Source: Balanoglossus misakiensis (lineage: Eukaryota > Animalia > Hemichordata). From it: 64,000 nucleotides of DNA. Positions 1 to 15,800 of the stretch are shown in pieces; position 1 is the first letter of the stretch; every line of letters begins with the position of its first letter. The stretch spans positions 1,579,000 to 1,642,999 of the forward strand of contig CM082587.2 of the NCBI GenBank assembly GCA_040954595.2, written 5' to 3'. Below the pieces are notes generated by a model, which was not told where the DNA came from, ran no database searches, and saw only the letters and a program-made list of their open reading frames with translations. The position numbers and the translations under genes are program-made.

Positions 1-3000
1 GAAGACACTGAAATAGCACAGAACATCACAGTCTTCAGGGTAATTGCAAGTACTGTAGTCACTGACAAACAGCTGTGCTAATTAAACCACAGATAGGATG
101 TTTTCAAGAATCCATATTCATCCAATCCATCGAGCAAAACACTAGCCTCCCCAAAAACCTGATACTGCCCACACCCAATAGCTTAGATGGCTCAAATGAA
201 ATCAACACCTATTACCATGGCAGTATATTAAATCAATTACAAGGCATGCACTCCTTAAGATGGAGGGGAAAAAAGAAAAACAACATCACATTTTGTCTAC
301 CTGGGCATTTTTGTGTGTGGGTGTGTAAATGCTGAAAACAGAGAGATGGACATGATGAAGAAAGCGCTAAGAACTTACAATCTTTCAGATGGATGAAGAA
401 GTTTGTAAATTTCGGTGGAGCAATATCTGAAGAGATCATTGCACATGTAACAGCAACAAAACAGGTATCGAAGATTCGAGGATCTGGATGGCATGGCTGA
501 CAGAACAGCAGCAATATCTGAATGTTCCTAGAAGAGATGTTCGTAGAGACTGCAAGCACCAGTTGTTCCTGTTTGTGTCACAACAGCAGCTTCATGAAGA
601 GTATAAACACGACAAAAACTCTGCCTCAGAGACAAAAACAATCCATCTTCTGTGTGCAGTGATCAAGCAGCTCTGGGAGACCTACGGCAGGATATCCTTG
701 AACTAAAGGCAAGCACCAGTAACGTCCCTTCTCAGGATGACATTATTATCCAAGTTAAGTATTTTCATCCACAGCTCCTACAGAATATCGATCGTAGTGG
801 GCCAACAGCAAAACCCCTCTCCTTCTGCGAGAGATGACTGTCAACAATAACAACAACAAACAAACAACGTGGACTACGAATGAAGTTACTAAGAAACTAA
901 CGGATCACGTCTCAACACACGCTGGCACACAAAGGAGACAATGAACCGAGATCAAGCCGTGTTAGTAGCTCATTACCAAGTCAGAATGCAAGACTCTCAT
1001 TAGCATCGGCCATCCCTCCTGCTTTGCATAATACGAACTACAAGTCTCAGAACGATACACGCAGTGGCAAACAAATCCACAATGTGTGCAAAGATACAGT
1101 AATACTGACACATCTGGTGTGACTCAATGAGCAATTGCCATGGTAACACTTGAGACGGACAATGACTTCCTCAGTAATTACTTCACTTGCATACATATAT
1201 GTACCCAGCATTGTTCATTTTGAGTCAGGTAAATTTCCAACACAGTATGAGGCCTGTACAGGTCAAAATTGCACAACTGACAATAAATATGTACAAAACC
1301 TTCACTGTAACTCTGGATTTGAATATTTCTTGCAGCTGCTGGTCTAGAAAACCACAACTACAGATCTACATTATTTTAAAAGAACCATTCATGAAATAGA
1401 ATATTTTACTACATTAATAGCAAATAAATTTGAATGTGAATATGGTTTAACTGACAGAAACATTTCATTATAATTCTTGAAACACAAGAGTTTACCTGAG
1501 CACAGATCAATAAAATCAATAACTATTTGACCAGGGGATAAGTTTTGATTTAACAAGACAGACGTCACCTTTAAATATTGACTTATGCCAATAAAGTGTA
1601 CCACTTCAATACAGCGGGGGCCTGGGTGTGAAAATAATTGTTTGGTTCTATATTTGGTGAAACATTCCAATGTTGCAACCATAGCAAGCATTTTGAAAAT
1701 CTCAGTTTATTTCTTCAGGGATTTTAATATCGCTACACTGCTAGATTATTCTGGAAAAGAATATTTTCTTTAAGCCAAAACACATAATAGGATCTTGAGT
1801 GCGATATACGGGTGTTTTAAAAATTAACGTTGCGATTCAGATGTTGATTTCTCAAAATGTTGCGAGAGGGCTCCCTTTCATATGACAAAACACTGGAATA
1901 ATGCCGAAGAACATTTTCTAATGTTCCCACGATGCACTTCTCACCATGGAATTACAATCCTCTTTGTGCAGGAAGGTAACGCGTTTGTGTTAGTCCCATC
2001 TGAACTAAATTAATGCAAACTCTGCAATGAAATAAAAAGCAATAAAACTCACACTAATGGGCACTCAGGTCGTAACACCACATCAATACTTTTTTTTCTC
2101 AGTTCATTGGTCACCCATTCTAGATCATGTCATAAATTGTATAATTATGACAGGAAGCTGTGTACTTGTGCCTTTGATAGCCATCAATAATTTCAAGCAA
2201 TATGCAAGGCCTTGCATTTACATCAGAGGTAATTCTACAACATTTCAATTTCTAACACAAGTTTTACTGACCACAGTTTGATGGCTAAAAAGCATGATTT
2301 CTATTAACAAGAATTATTAAGTGCCATACATTTTAAAGCTATTATCCAGTTTGTTTGCCTGACAAGATTATTTTAGCTTTAAACTAGTTTTAGCTTGAAA
2401 CAGTGAGAGACTACTGGGAGAGGTGTCTGGTAATCATCAATTATGTCTCCAAGGCGAAACAGCTCTTTAAAAAGCCATTATAAATAATGGTGTCACGAAT
2501 GTCGCATCACATATTTTTACATTCCAGCTTCAGGAAATGGCAAAATGGTAAAAAGACTTCTGTTGTGAAGAGTGTCATGATTACTGATTAGATTTCACAA
2601 TGTTCTGTATTGCCTTTTGCAACTCTGAGATTAAGAGGCGAATTTTGCAATGAGAGAAAAAGTATCTGTGGTGATGAGACAGGACTGAAACTAACTTTGT
2701 AATTTATGCAAATTGCCTTTGGTTAAGTGGAGGCCATAGACTGATGGAAACCCAGACTGGAGCTACACTTTGAATTGTGCATTATCAAGAATCAAGGTGA
2801 GGTCACATGTGGAGTCTGATGCTATGAATTATACAAATATCCTCAATAATGCATTACTTTGTATGAGAGGAGATTTCCTTGATTTGTTCTCATGAATATT
2901 CCATGTTAACAGCATTGGTGTCCATTACAGCAGTATTCAAGGCTGTGAGGGGGACATGATGTTAAATCCATCTTCTAAAGAATGTAATTACGCAGAATGA

Positions 3001-6000
3001 GGTACATGTCAAAGACAAGGTAACAGCAGAGTATATAATAGAACTTCATTAGAAACTGACAATATGCCAGGGATTGTCTGTGTATGTGGCTGATGGTAAC
3101 CATTATCCAGCACAGTGTTGCACAGCAGAAATATGATTAACATTCATCCAAGCCATCAAATTGGAAGTGATGAAGCAAGGCCATGTGCCAGGAGACCGCT
3201 TACAGACAACAGCAGTGCAATGCAAGATTTTCCTGCAGTGTTTTTTGATGATGAAATTTTTTCACAAAAGCCAAAAAATGCATACACAAGAGCTACACAT
3301 CCTGGACATCCCTAATTTCCACACAATGAATATTTTGTGCTTCTTAAATCTACACAGCTGCATGGAACTCATCTATTTTTTACATTATTTCCGCCAGGTT
3401 ACCCTGACGCAAATGGAATGGAATACCAGGTGACGCCAAAAAATCTGAAGTGTATTCTGCAACTCCAGCAAGCATTCAGGTCAGCCAATCTGTCACACCT
3501 ATTCAGCCACATCTGAAAACATTGCGACTGCAAGTAACATTCTGTCATAATTAACCTCTACAACATCTGAAAATGCAGCAACTGTGATAGAATACCAATG
3601 AGAAGTTCTGTCACAGAGAAGGAAATACAGCCATATCTGAAAGTGCCACTGTGGCTGACAATGCCATTACTGCCTTCAGTAAGACGTGCACAGAAGCAAC
3701 AACAGTCGGCAAATTGAAAAGTAATGTTGCCTGGAAAATCTATAGAAAGCAGAGAACTGATCTTGACAAGTGCATTCATAGAGGCCACTTAAGGAAACAT
3801 TGCCATACAGCACATTTTCCGTTCAGCATGACCTCAATTCTGATGAGAGAAAAATCCTGGCCAGAAGGGACAGTTCAATCAAACCTTCAGAGAAAAAAAA
3901 TCACAGCATCGTTTAACAAGAAAACTATGTTACTTTCAAGGGGGCTTCAATATAGTTCAGTCCAACCAACAGATACATATTTTTATACCAACAACATGAC
4001 TTGATTTTGCACTATTTATTTCAAGCTAATATTCCTTGTCAGGCTTGCATACTGTCATGCAAATGGTTTTTTATATCGTCAGAGATTCTACGGATATCAG
4101 TCTATCTTTAGCAACAATAGAACACTCAAGATGGTGAACTGATGATCAAGCAAGGCGACCAGCCACCCACACAAGGCATTCTGATCGCGGAATTCCACAC
4201 AAAAAAGAAGAACTGATTGTTAAGCTTCGAAAGTTACTGAACATGCTCACTAGTGTTATATTTTGATAGAATGATACATCAGCTTATGCAGATCGTGAAT
4301 GAAAATGCAATAGTTTATTTTTATGTGAATTGAATTTGAAAATTATAATACCAATTCATGCAGCAAAGATGTCTACCCACAAAACCACCCTATCACATAA
4401 AGGTTTCCCTGAAATGCCAGACAATGTTGATTCTCATCGCAGAGATTTGACAAGCATTCACAATACCACACACTTTCTGCAAGCAGAAGCAAATTACTTT
4501 CTTTAATCCTGGTTTATAAGCATTGCCTCCTCCTTCGCTGTAATCAATTTCACAGAAACAAACTAAAACACTGTGACATGCTTGTTCAGTTCTATCAAAC
4601 CAGTATACCGAAATAACAGATTAGAAAATCCCTGAGATTGCCCTGAGAAGTTAAAACCATGATGAGTTTGAATTTATTTCTTATACTTTGCAAGCAGCAA
4701 ATGAAAAAGAAACATAGTGATTTTTCTATGAATGACTTGTGAAATCATTTTTTATAAGCATTTCTTCGTGAAAAGTGTCTTGTTTTCTTTATATCTACCG
4801 CACTTTGTGAAATATCTTACAATCATCATAAGGCTTGAGTCTATTTTTAAAATAAGTTAACCTGCTACGTCACTAAACCTTTGCCTGATAACATCTTCCT
4901 GATGTACTCCAAAAGATTGATGATTCTGAAGCTAATATTTTTTGAAGCCAATAATTTATATCTAAGATATTAATTTTCAGTGATAACCTTTACATCTATG
5001 TATTTTCCAAAACATTTTTTTATTAGAACTTTAATGGCGAATCTCGTGACGCAGATATGGAAATCAATTGGATACATAGAATCCAATTTCAGTAAAGTAC
5101 ATCTTTGACTGACGACGGTTGTCATGAGAGAATTTACAAAGATATCGTGGTTTACAAGCCTTAAAAGCCTGCAATAAATCAGTCTAGATTGGGTACATCA
5201 GTGTTAAGTCTCTGTGTCTGAAATGATTCATTGTTTAACCTCTGACCTCTGGCAATCTCGGTTTCTGCACCATCCAATAGGGAGTTTACTGAGTGAAGAT
5301 GTTCTGACCCACTAAGGTGTGTACATGTACTCACTGCCGTACAGCAAATATTTCTTAACATGTCACATCATGAAGAGAAGTCATAACTACGGTTGAGGAC
5401 ACCAAATATGTGTTTTGCACATTGTGACAAAGTCAGCATGTAAACTCAACATTTTCTGCCTTCTGCCAGTGATAATATTGAGATTCTTTTCTCCAACTGC
5501 TATGCTTGTAGTAACCAGACAGTTTAATATCCATCTAGTCATAAACCTTTTCTAACCAATGTAGATAATCACTATTTACAACTCAAGACTACCTCCATCT
5601 CAAATGGTAGGTTCCCAGTTCAATGCATTATTACTAAATCATAACTGTTTGTAATTTTCTACAGTCAGGATTCACATTGAATTACATTCATTACAGTATA
5701 AATCATATTAGATGCATTTTGTATTAATAATGACAATTTCATGATTTGTAGCATATTAATATATTCTTAACAACTAAGAATGTGGAAAATTGTACGAAAT
5801 TCTTTGATATGCTCATGGGCAAAAATCAATAAATTTACACAAAAATATTTCCCAGTATATTTAAAAGAAAATAAAAAAATTAAGAATGAATATAAAGATA
5901 CAAGTAATGTTCTATTCCTTGTACCATTTTCTTGTCTTTTTGCGTGTTTTTTATCTGGTTTCCCTGCAGTCAAACAGATCCAAATTGACATTTTTGCCAC

Positions 6001-7295
6001 TGAAAAGGAAACCGGCCACTAAATCAATATCTCTGCCTACAATATTCTAATTTCCTTATCCTTAATACAATGCACATGCCAACATGAATACACACTGTTC
6101 TGTTATTTTTCAACTTTTCCCCCGCATTTTTAAGGCATACATCCAGTGCATGAATTGAGTACCAGTAATATTTCTGTTAAGAGAGTGACTATTTTCCAGG
6201 AAGCCATTTCTACAGAACACACTCAATTACAATCACAATCAGTCAGTCTTGTGTATTTAGACTGCCGTAAATAAGGACAGTCTGTCACTATCTCAAGTGA
6301 GCTTCTACCAATCTACTCTGTCACAAGGTTTTTGGGTTTTTATGGAAAAAATTTTAATGGCCACAGAGTGATCATATTACAGCTGGAAATGTGTTTTTGC
6401 CAGCGAGGTCTTCATTTTGATAATGGTTGCCCGATAGGCCTTTAGATTGTCCTGGTGTGAATACGGGTTTCGCTAATCACTGAGAATGAGAGCAGTTCTC
6501 AAGGCTATTGTAGAGATTGCTGAATGCTCCCCATTTTTTTATATTTATTTGTGGTCAAACATAAATTTAATCATCCTACCCCACCATCATAATGTGAAAA
6601 AAAAATTAAAATATCCCTCCCGCAAAAAAAATAACGAAAAAAGAAGACCACTCTCTGATAATATATATCACAAATTATTTCTGTTTTAAATTATTAATTC
6701 TGCCATCTATTAATGTCCTTCAAAATTGCTTCTAAATACAGATCAATCAAGCTTTCATTGATGTTGTGCTCACAAAAAATTAATTGGATATAATACTTGG
6801 GGAGAATTGAAATTTCAGTCGGTTAAAATGCTGTGTCTTTTTGAGGGATGGGAGATTCTCTGGTTTCTGAGCCTGGTACGTAAACATGGGGCCTCACCAT
6901 TCATTACCAGTTTGGCTGTTACTAAGGAATCTCAGAAAAGCTGCAGGAAATTGCTTTGGGTCCGATGATGTTAATTCACTTTGTGCAATGACACGAACAT
7001 TGCCAGGAAAAAAATTCTGTCGGTTTACATGGACACCATTTCCATACCAACTGAACACCAACCTTCAGAAATAGAGGAGTGATTGAATACAAACCAAAAA
7101 TTTTAAATTCCTGAAATTCCACTTTTTAGATGACAAATCTGATTGGTTTGCTAACGTTGCGGTATATTCAATTGGAAACTTTCTCCGCATTTTTTTCCCG
7201 TTCCCAGAGCGAACACACAATGAAGTGTATTTCCCAGGGTGTCAGATTTTGACCCAGCTATGTGTGAATGAAAGAGGTTGATGAACGATACATAC

Positions 7296-7435
7296 CCGTC
7301 CAGCCAATCTGATGTACCAGTGATCATCTCTGACACACTGTCTACCACGCCACTCAGAGTTTCCTGAGCTCGCTCCCCGATTTTGCGGACTGTGTCAGCG
7401 ATACTACCGAAGCGATCTTCAGAGTCTGACATCAT
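7296..7435 (-). CDS. Candidate (alternative) first coding exon of an unidentified minus-strand gene
   Basis: ATG ATG at 7435/7432 opens MMSDSEDRFGSIADTVRKIGERAQETLSGVVDSVSEMITGTSDWLDG and ends at a GG|GTATGT donor (phase 2). GC-richer, codon-like composition against an AT-rich background. No family recognised. Confidence 0.45.
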
Positions 7436-9888
7436 GTCCAAGTTCAAAAGGCTGGGCTAGCTGCGCTCACATTAAAAAAGACCCTCACTCAAAGTCAGCC
7501 AGTCCCGCACACACCGCTACATTGGAAGAATTGATACACACTGAGTCTTTGCCATCCCTATACCTGACCCCAATGACATCATAGCGCAGGAGCAATCCAT
7601 TCTGAAGTCAGGGAGACGCAGAAAATCGACGCAAACCACCCAGAGGGGAAAAACACCTCAATAAAATTAAACTCTAATGTAATTTTCTTTACATTAAGAT
7701 AATGACTGTGAATCAATGTCATTTGTCACCATGGTAACTGCTTAACATATTACGGTCTAAAAATCAATGAATTAATGAAGACCAGAGGGATTTTTTGTTT
7801 GCTATGCACTCTGTATAATCTCATATTTCAATGTAAATTTTGTTCTGCGTTCATTATGTTTGATCACAATGGACTTGCTTCCAGTATTGGGTAGTTGTCA
7901 TTTCTGGTACAGATTCGTTACAAACTTAACACAGGGCATATGTAGTAATGAATACATAGGTGTACCTCAATGTTTTTCTTAATGATTAGAGTGGGCCCGC
8001 AAAATGCACATTTATGAAATTTGATGTTTGGGTATAGGTCTTTCAACATTTAAAACTGTCACGACAGAGGACAGCATGTTCCTAATACATGTCACCACTG
8101 TGATATTGCTACACTTTCATCAACTAAGTCCATGGGTGTGATTCAATTTCCTCCACAACCTAACATTGAATTTCAGCACAGATGACCACAATTGCTGGAG
8201 ATTTTGGACAAAGAAATTGTAGCTGTACGCAGCTGGCATTTCTCCACTTTCAATTCACTAGATGAGGACCAGCTTTGGTGGTGATAAAATTATTCCACTG
8301 CGAATAGTAAAACATTTATTTTATTGCAGTTATTTAAGATCAAAGTGTAATTAATTTGTAATGAATCAACAATCACAGAAGTTACAGACAAACACTCATT
8401 TTCAAGATGAATGAAAACATCTGAATATACTGTTTCAACAAGGATTATTTGCACAATTTGAATGTCAAAAATGGGGAAGAGTCTAATGCATTATTTCTTC
8501 ACATGCACCGTTTGCTTGTGTTTTTTGTTTTCTTTTTCTTCCCCATCGACTCTTTTTAATTTCAGCGTCGGTGTTTTACAGTCAGAGAACTTGTTTTTTC
8601 CTCTCTGTCACAACAATCAGTACATGATTCCAAATCACCATGACAACATCATGCTCCTTCAATTTCTGTGTTCCCCCGAAAGAAAATTGAAGAAAAACGT
8701 ATCAGATTTTTTGACATATCAGATTTCTGAGTGGGTTGTCTTCGTGGGAACTTACTAGTATTAGAAAATCTTCTGTAACAGCTTTGTTACTGTAGCATTT
8801 GGTCAACATGAAGCAATTTGGTTTCAACCTGGAATATGCTTTAAACATTTATAGTAGACGAACAATTTCAAACTTAGCTGTTTTATCCTCCATGAGTCAT
8901 TTGACAGAATTTCCATCTCTAATCTGGCAATAACTCTCTACATGGAAAGTACAAACGCTCAGGTAAATGAACTGGTCTAGCTTTTCCACTCAGTTGGATT
9001 TACAGAAGACATCTGTTTCTGACAAACATGTATCAGCACTTTGATTTAATACTTGTGTGAGCATGGTCACGTATCACCAAGATAATTCGAAGGCCTCAAC
9101 AAAGTAAGCAGAGCTTGAAGTCCATCCATGTACTGTATTGTGTTAGAGTTTCTTGTATTACATTGTATTCAGAACTGAGCTGCAAGTTGGGTGCAATATA
9201 TTTACGATACAATACAATGCAGTACAATACTATACAATACACAATTTTGAGAAATTCTTCTTATTGATGAGGATAAAGTCCAGCTGAATAATGAGGACAA
9301 ATTCCCATATTTCTGAGACATTGTTATGAAAAGAAATCACAGACTTTGAATAAACATACAGCAGATCTTTTAGTTGCTTTTTCAATATCATGTTGTTGGG
9401 TGAAGTAGTCAGCTATGATTCACCGCTAGTCATGCAAAGTAGAGATCTGTTTTGAAGAATATATCCACACTTCTACGGTCGTCAGGTTCAGACATGGAGG
9501 GTACAACTGGGTGATTTCAGTCTGAGCTTTATCAGAAAATTTTCAGCAATGTAGCCAGTTTTGATTTCTGAACATAGAGTACCATTATGATCTGTGAAAA
9601 ATACTTCTCAGTATTAGAAATGGTTGTTTCAGTGCGTAGAAAATGGTCTGCTCTTTTGTAGACAATCCAATGCTTTCTGACAACGATTCTCAATGTGATA
9701 TGTTTCAAGTAGTCATTTAGTACAACATTCTCACTCCAATCTCGGAGACTAATCTAAAATCGGCAGCATTTACAAGAGAGATGGCTTCGCGATAATGACA
9801 AGGTGATCAGAATACAGTCTATGTAGTCTTGCACATCCCCTGATCTCAGCGACCTTGTCAAAGTATCTTCCTGATTATTCAAGTTATC

Positions 9889-12800
9889 TCAAAAAAGGCA
9901 ATTTCCTTGCCGTGGAAATTCTTTTTTATTTACCGACACTGGTCTGCAGTAATCTTTACAGGGAATTCAAAGATGGAGAATAACAACCTACTGAATATTT
10001 TATGGCATGGAGACCATTACACTGTTGTAAATTGGCTGGGCACTTTTTGATCAAATACTTGGTTTGGTGAATCATTCACAGAATACTCAACTAGCAAAAT
10101 TACATCGCAGACACAGAGAGGAGAAATAACTGGTCTACATACATGAAATTTGTGCACAAACACCGACCTTAATGCACTCTGATGAAATCATTAAATCACA
10201 AGAAAACCAGAAGAAAAAGAATGTTATTATCTAAACATTACTTTTGAAGTCAATTTATTTCACTAAGGAGAAGATATTGCTAATTTTATATAATGACCTC
10301 ATTTGGCAGCTGTCGGCCTGCAGTCAGCTGTAATTTGAGTGTGTAACCATGGCAACATCCGGTTTGCAGGATGTTGTCAAGATAACATGTACTGCTTTCA
10401 TTTCAGTTTAATTTCTAAAAGAACTGTTTAGTCTTCTCGTTTTTTATTTCAAGCTGTCTATCAATTACAACTGAGGAAAGATTTCTCCGTGGACTTACAG
10501 GCAAGACTCGGGTTGTGAGCTCGAAGAAAAACAGTTACTGCAATTACTATCTTCTCAACACACAGCCAAAGAATAACCCTGCTGGCTCTTAGCAACTGCC
10601 ATTTTTATTTTCAGATGTTTCATTGGAATCTCAAGGAAATATGTGGATGCTGATCTTTTAATCCTTGAAATATATTGTATATGCATTAAATAAATGAAAT
10701 ATCTCAAAGGGCAAAGGAAATGAAACTGACCTAGGCAGAAACTTAATACTGTTGTATGTAGCTTTCACACTCCATGTTAATTCATTTAAAATTTCAAGAA
10801 TTTTCCAACTCGAATTCATCTGGCTCAAATATATATCCCACTCTGTTTACTCAATTAGTATTGAAAATGTGATCTTCATGGTGTAAAAGGACATATAAAC
10901 TTGCGATCTGGTTGTTGCTGGGCAGCCCAACAATCTTTCAGTATGGCATATCACGTCTTATTTTTTTGTACAGGATATGCTTCCATTAGCTTCCATCAGC
11001 ATGTCAGGCAAAAAATTAGAAATCTCTAACACCAATATTTGCGCACACAGGCACAGTTCACTCCATAAATCACAAAAATGTGTTAGCGTATATGGAGGAC
11101 ATCTTTGAGTCATGTCATGTGACATGTACTGACCAATCAGGATTGGCTGTCTGTCATGTGACCTCTCAACCAATCAATGCACTCCAAATTGAGAGAGAGA
11201 GACAGAGAGAGAGGAGAAGTGCACAAAATATGCTGTGGTGTTGTGTGTTATGATTTTCAATGAAAGAATATAATGCATTTGTTCCAACGAGTCATAAATC
11301 TCAGCAAATGTTGGACTAAAAGCTTGACTAGGATAACACATGCCCTCAAGGGCATAAAATCAGAAGTCCATTTTATAACACCGGAATCACTTGTATCAGA
11401 GTCTATGAGATCTTGGGCTCCTCGTTGTCTGAAAAACAATTTTCCTTCAAGACGCAGACAGAATGAAATATTTCAAATTAACCTGACTGCAGTCAGCATT
11501 AATAGCTTGGGTCAACAACCTGCCTATAATGAGGAATTTACAGGATGGCGTAACTTTTTTGCTTTTTTACAGAACCTGTATGTGAATAAATGCAAATTAT
11601 AACATCCAGTGGCAACTGTGACAATTAAACAATTGCTCTGTCTGTCTGTACCTGATTTAGAGTGGAGATGGGTAAACAGTCCACAAATTCTTGAGAAAAT
11701 AGTGTGAATATGTCTGTATCTGTGTGTCCTTGTTTACGTGTATAAATGTTGAGAATTGAACTTGAAATTATCTATGCTCTGGTATGTGCAAATGAGAAAA
11801 GGCCATCACTTCACACCCCTGTCCATTAAAGTACTGCCATGATTGTCTGACATACATAGGTCGATATTTTTCTCTTCTAATGCAGAGAAAATTCCTAATG
11901 AGTTTGACTCTTTCAATGCAGTTCACTACGAGACACATCAATAGAACTGCTGGACCCGTAAACGCATGGGAATTGAGGCCATGGGTTTAAATAACAGGCG
12001 ATCGGAAAAGATTGTCAGAGAAAATCTTCAGATGTTGAATACTCTGAGGTCTGAATAAGATCAAAGGATATCAAAAACTCATACGCAGAGATAGAAATGA
12101 ATAGATCATATCATCTGTATCAAATGATGGCAAAGGATGTACACACAATGCTTTGACTTCACTCACTGCATTCTTACCACCACAAGGGGTACATACGTCA
12201 TTTGTGAATTATTCTCATCGAGGCAAATATTTTTCAGCCAAGATTTAAGAATCCCTGTATATTTGCAGTCCCTCCATTTTTATGGCACAAACATTAATCC
12301 AAATTGTTTGACAATAAACGTTTTATGTTGGCCTATTTCAGTAATATTAAAAACCAAATCAAAGAAGATGCATTTTCTTATTTATGAAGTTGGCAAATTT
12401 GAAATCAATTGTGGCATGGTGAGACTAAGGCTATAACAATGCAATTCATTTTATTGTCAATAAAATTGTCATCCACTGGCAGCTGAACCCTTTTGCTGCC
12501 ATGGTTTGGTCCATATCACATTGAGAGATATTTTTCATTTATTTCAAGGACAATAGTAAGCACCATGTATATAGAAAGATGAGGATTTGGCTTAAGTTGA
12601 GCTGAAATTTGAAAATAAATCAATGTAGAAATTGTATCTCAATTATAGGCTTTATCTTGGGTTTTATAGAGCCTGCCTTGACCTCATTTGACCTGAACTT
12701 TATCTCGTCGCTTCAAAAATGCACACGATCTTCACAACACCCAAATACATTGAGATCGATGCTGTCACTTCCAATGAACCTGATTAACATGTTACCATGC

Positions 12801-15800
12801 CAACACAGCCTTGCTGAATACTGATGTGAAATAGGATCTGGGAGTCTTCATGTATGCCAGGCTGATGTTCGAGCGCCCTCTTCAGTCGATAGCTGCAAAC
12901 TCTGATATGATGGCCGTGCCACGCGTTTGGTTTACTTACCTGGTCTTGACATGGCATTGTACATTTCAAAATTCCACTTTTTTCTTACTTCAACATTTTT
13001 CAAACAATTTTCCTTTGCTTGGAAATCGTACAAGGTGCAGGGATTGTCTTTAATAAAATAAAATACTGGCGCTGGGTTTGCTGAATCATTTTAACCACTG
13101 TGATGTACAGCAGTTTTCGGTGGGTTGGAACTTGGTTTTCAGACACAAACACATATTGTGTGATTGGACAGATAAGATTAATACAGTGGACAGACATGTG
13201 AAACACACAGCTGTGAGGAACAAAGTCAATTTGGAACAGACACTTGAATATGAAATAATTTTTAGATGTGGTGGTATATACTGGTTGGTAAGTGGAAAGG
13301 TTGTCAGAATGCATCTCACATCTCAAATGTCAAAATGGTCATTGTAAACACTGACTCAAGCCACATCAAACTTATAAACTGTGTAAAACTTACTTGTACC
13401 AGCAGTAACCAGCAATTATCAAGCCAATGACGCCAAGGGCACTGCAACATATAACGATTACTGCAACACAATACACACAATAAGTAAGTTAGCGATGCAA
13501 AGAGTTTTTAATAAAGATGCATGTAACTTTGTCACCTATTTTCATCATTATCTGGGTACTTTTTTAACTTTTCATCTATTCTCAGACTTGACTTTTATAC
13601 AAGGGTGGGGTTTTAATACTGCTATGAAAGAATTACTACAGTACATTATATATATATTGCCTGACTATGGTGCTCTCATTTGGTCTCCCCCTCGATCACA
13701 CACAACCAGTTCCTTACCCAAAAACAGGAAATTACTGATATCGGTGTCTCCCTTTTCTTCAACTGTCGGGGCACTTTGTTTGGCATGTTGTGAATTCTCT
13801 TGGTCCGTGTGGGTCTGTGCTGCGGCTTGCACTTCAGCGGTATCAGCTGCTCCATTCACTTGCGATTCCTGGTGTTGCTTCTCTTGAACTTCTATACTAA
13901 TATCTGTCTTCTGAGTATCTGTAACAATAACATGGCTACCCTCAGTGTGCGAATTCTTTCAGTTTACAATCACAGAGACAAGGACATAAATCTTGTTATT
14001 TGCCTTTTCCTCTGGCATTGGTAATATGTCTTCGAAATTCACAGCAAAGGTCATTATCTAGATGCATTCTCTCGATCTCATTACTTTCTGTTTCCTTCTA
14101 ATTAGAAGTGATAACACCGTGAAATGTCAGGATGTCACTGGTAAATATCATCTGCCATACATGTAGAGTACATTAGAAAAACAATCAATTTGAAAGCAAT
14201 TTTTTTTTTATTTCGAAGGCAGGATGATACAACTCAGAAATTGCGTGGGTTCATCCATGAAATGATACTCATGGTCTACTTATGAAAGGAAAACTCAGCT
14301 TTAAAATTGCGGTCAATTTTCTGGCAAATGAGCTTGATATAATACCATACTGATTTACAGCCCAGGACTCCAATTTCAACCCACTAATTCATTTATCACA
14401 AAGTGAATTTAACATCAGATGATATAGGTTTAATATCGGATGATATCATTGGAGTTTTTACAGCTCCAGTACATGTATGTTTATACACAGAGGTTCGACA
14501 TACAACATGTCATACATGACAATCACATGACTGCTAAAAAACCAATCAGCATCATCTTACCTCCCCCAGCTGTATCTGATGTTATATGGGCCCTTGCAAC
14601 AAGTGTGTCTATTTCATCATCAGCTACGACTTTTCCTGCAAGATAAAAAAGAAAGAAAACGTTTTAACAAAGGTTTCATTAAACTGATATTTTGATCTCA
14701 AAGTCATACAACCTGTTTTCAGAAATGAGAGCAAAATTAATACCATCATCATTTCCTTGATTTGAATTCGATGACTCTTTTAATATTAAAAGATTGAAAT
14801 TTGGAGTATTGAGTCTGAAATGTGTAGGATTACAGAAGTAAACTGTACAAAATGGGCCAATATTTTGACATTCAAAACGGCTGCCAACTATAATCATTTC
14901 TTTTTTACCGAATTCTCTTATCAACCTGACCTCATTTAAAGATTAATACACAAAAGAGGGCTTTGCAAATAATGAAAATGCTTTGATAACTGTTGTAAAG
15001 ACATTCTTTTCTTTGGTAGTTTTGACCTGAGAATAGCCTTGATCTGATATTCCACAGAAAAAGACAGTACACTTGAAATGACAACAAAACCCTGCGCGCT
15101 GAACAGACCTTAGCTGAACGCAATTATGTTTAGTTTGCAAAAAATGACATGCATACCTTCACAACAATAAACCCCACTTCAAACATATGTTACCAATTTT
15201 TAATCCCCTATAAGCTGTTCTGTCCAACCACTTCCTACCTAAAAATATCATCAATATATTTCTGCGCATAGCACATATCATATCAGCATGGACAAATCTG
15301 GAGAATCATGATTTTATTTGTGGTTTCAAAACATCCGAAACACTACCAGCAATATAATTTTAGAAAGAAGGAATTACTTCATGCATGATATTGTTATTCT
15401 CTCTATACCGGAACAGACAAGGCTGTAACTACATGGCAATGCATGACATCATCAGTAACCATAGCAACAGAAATATATGAACATATGACACTATTATTTT
15501 AATATACCTCAAACAACCATGGTCATTGAGTCATGATTTTTTTGCTTAGATTTTGCCGCATAGTGAAATAATAATTTTAATGTATGACGATATCATTTTA
15601 TCATTTTGTAACTTATGCTGGAGAAACTCCAGCACACTTTTCTGCAGACACCAACTACGATACTGAACACTTGTTACAGGTTGTTGGGAAAGTATACTCT
15701 CTCCTGTTAGAACACAAACTGTCCAACTTTATCAGAAAGGAGTTGGGAAGACACACTGCATTTATCTCAAGTTGATCTGTGAATGATATTGGATGTGTAC

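Noticed and set aside
5179-5312. Phase-compatible second exon for the 7296-7435 exon
   Set aside because: The acceptor lacks a pyrimidine tract, so the frame match could be chance.
9530-9891. In-frame TGA at 9889 read as selenocysteine, with downstream open stretches
   Set aside because: The downstream frame stops soon, there is no redox motif or SECIS that I can see, and the region fits a 3'UTR.
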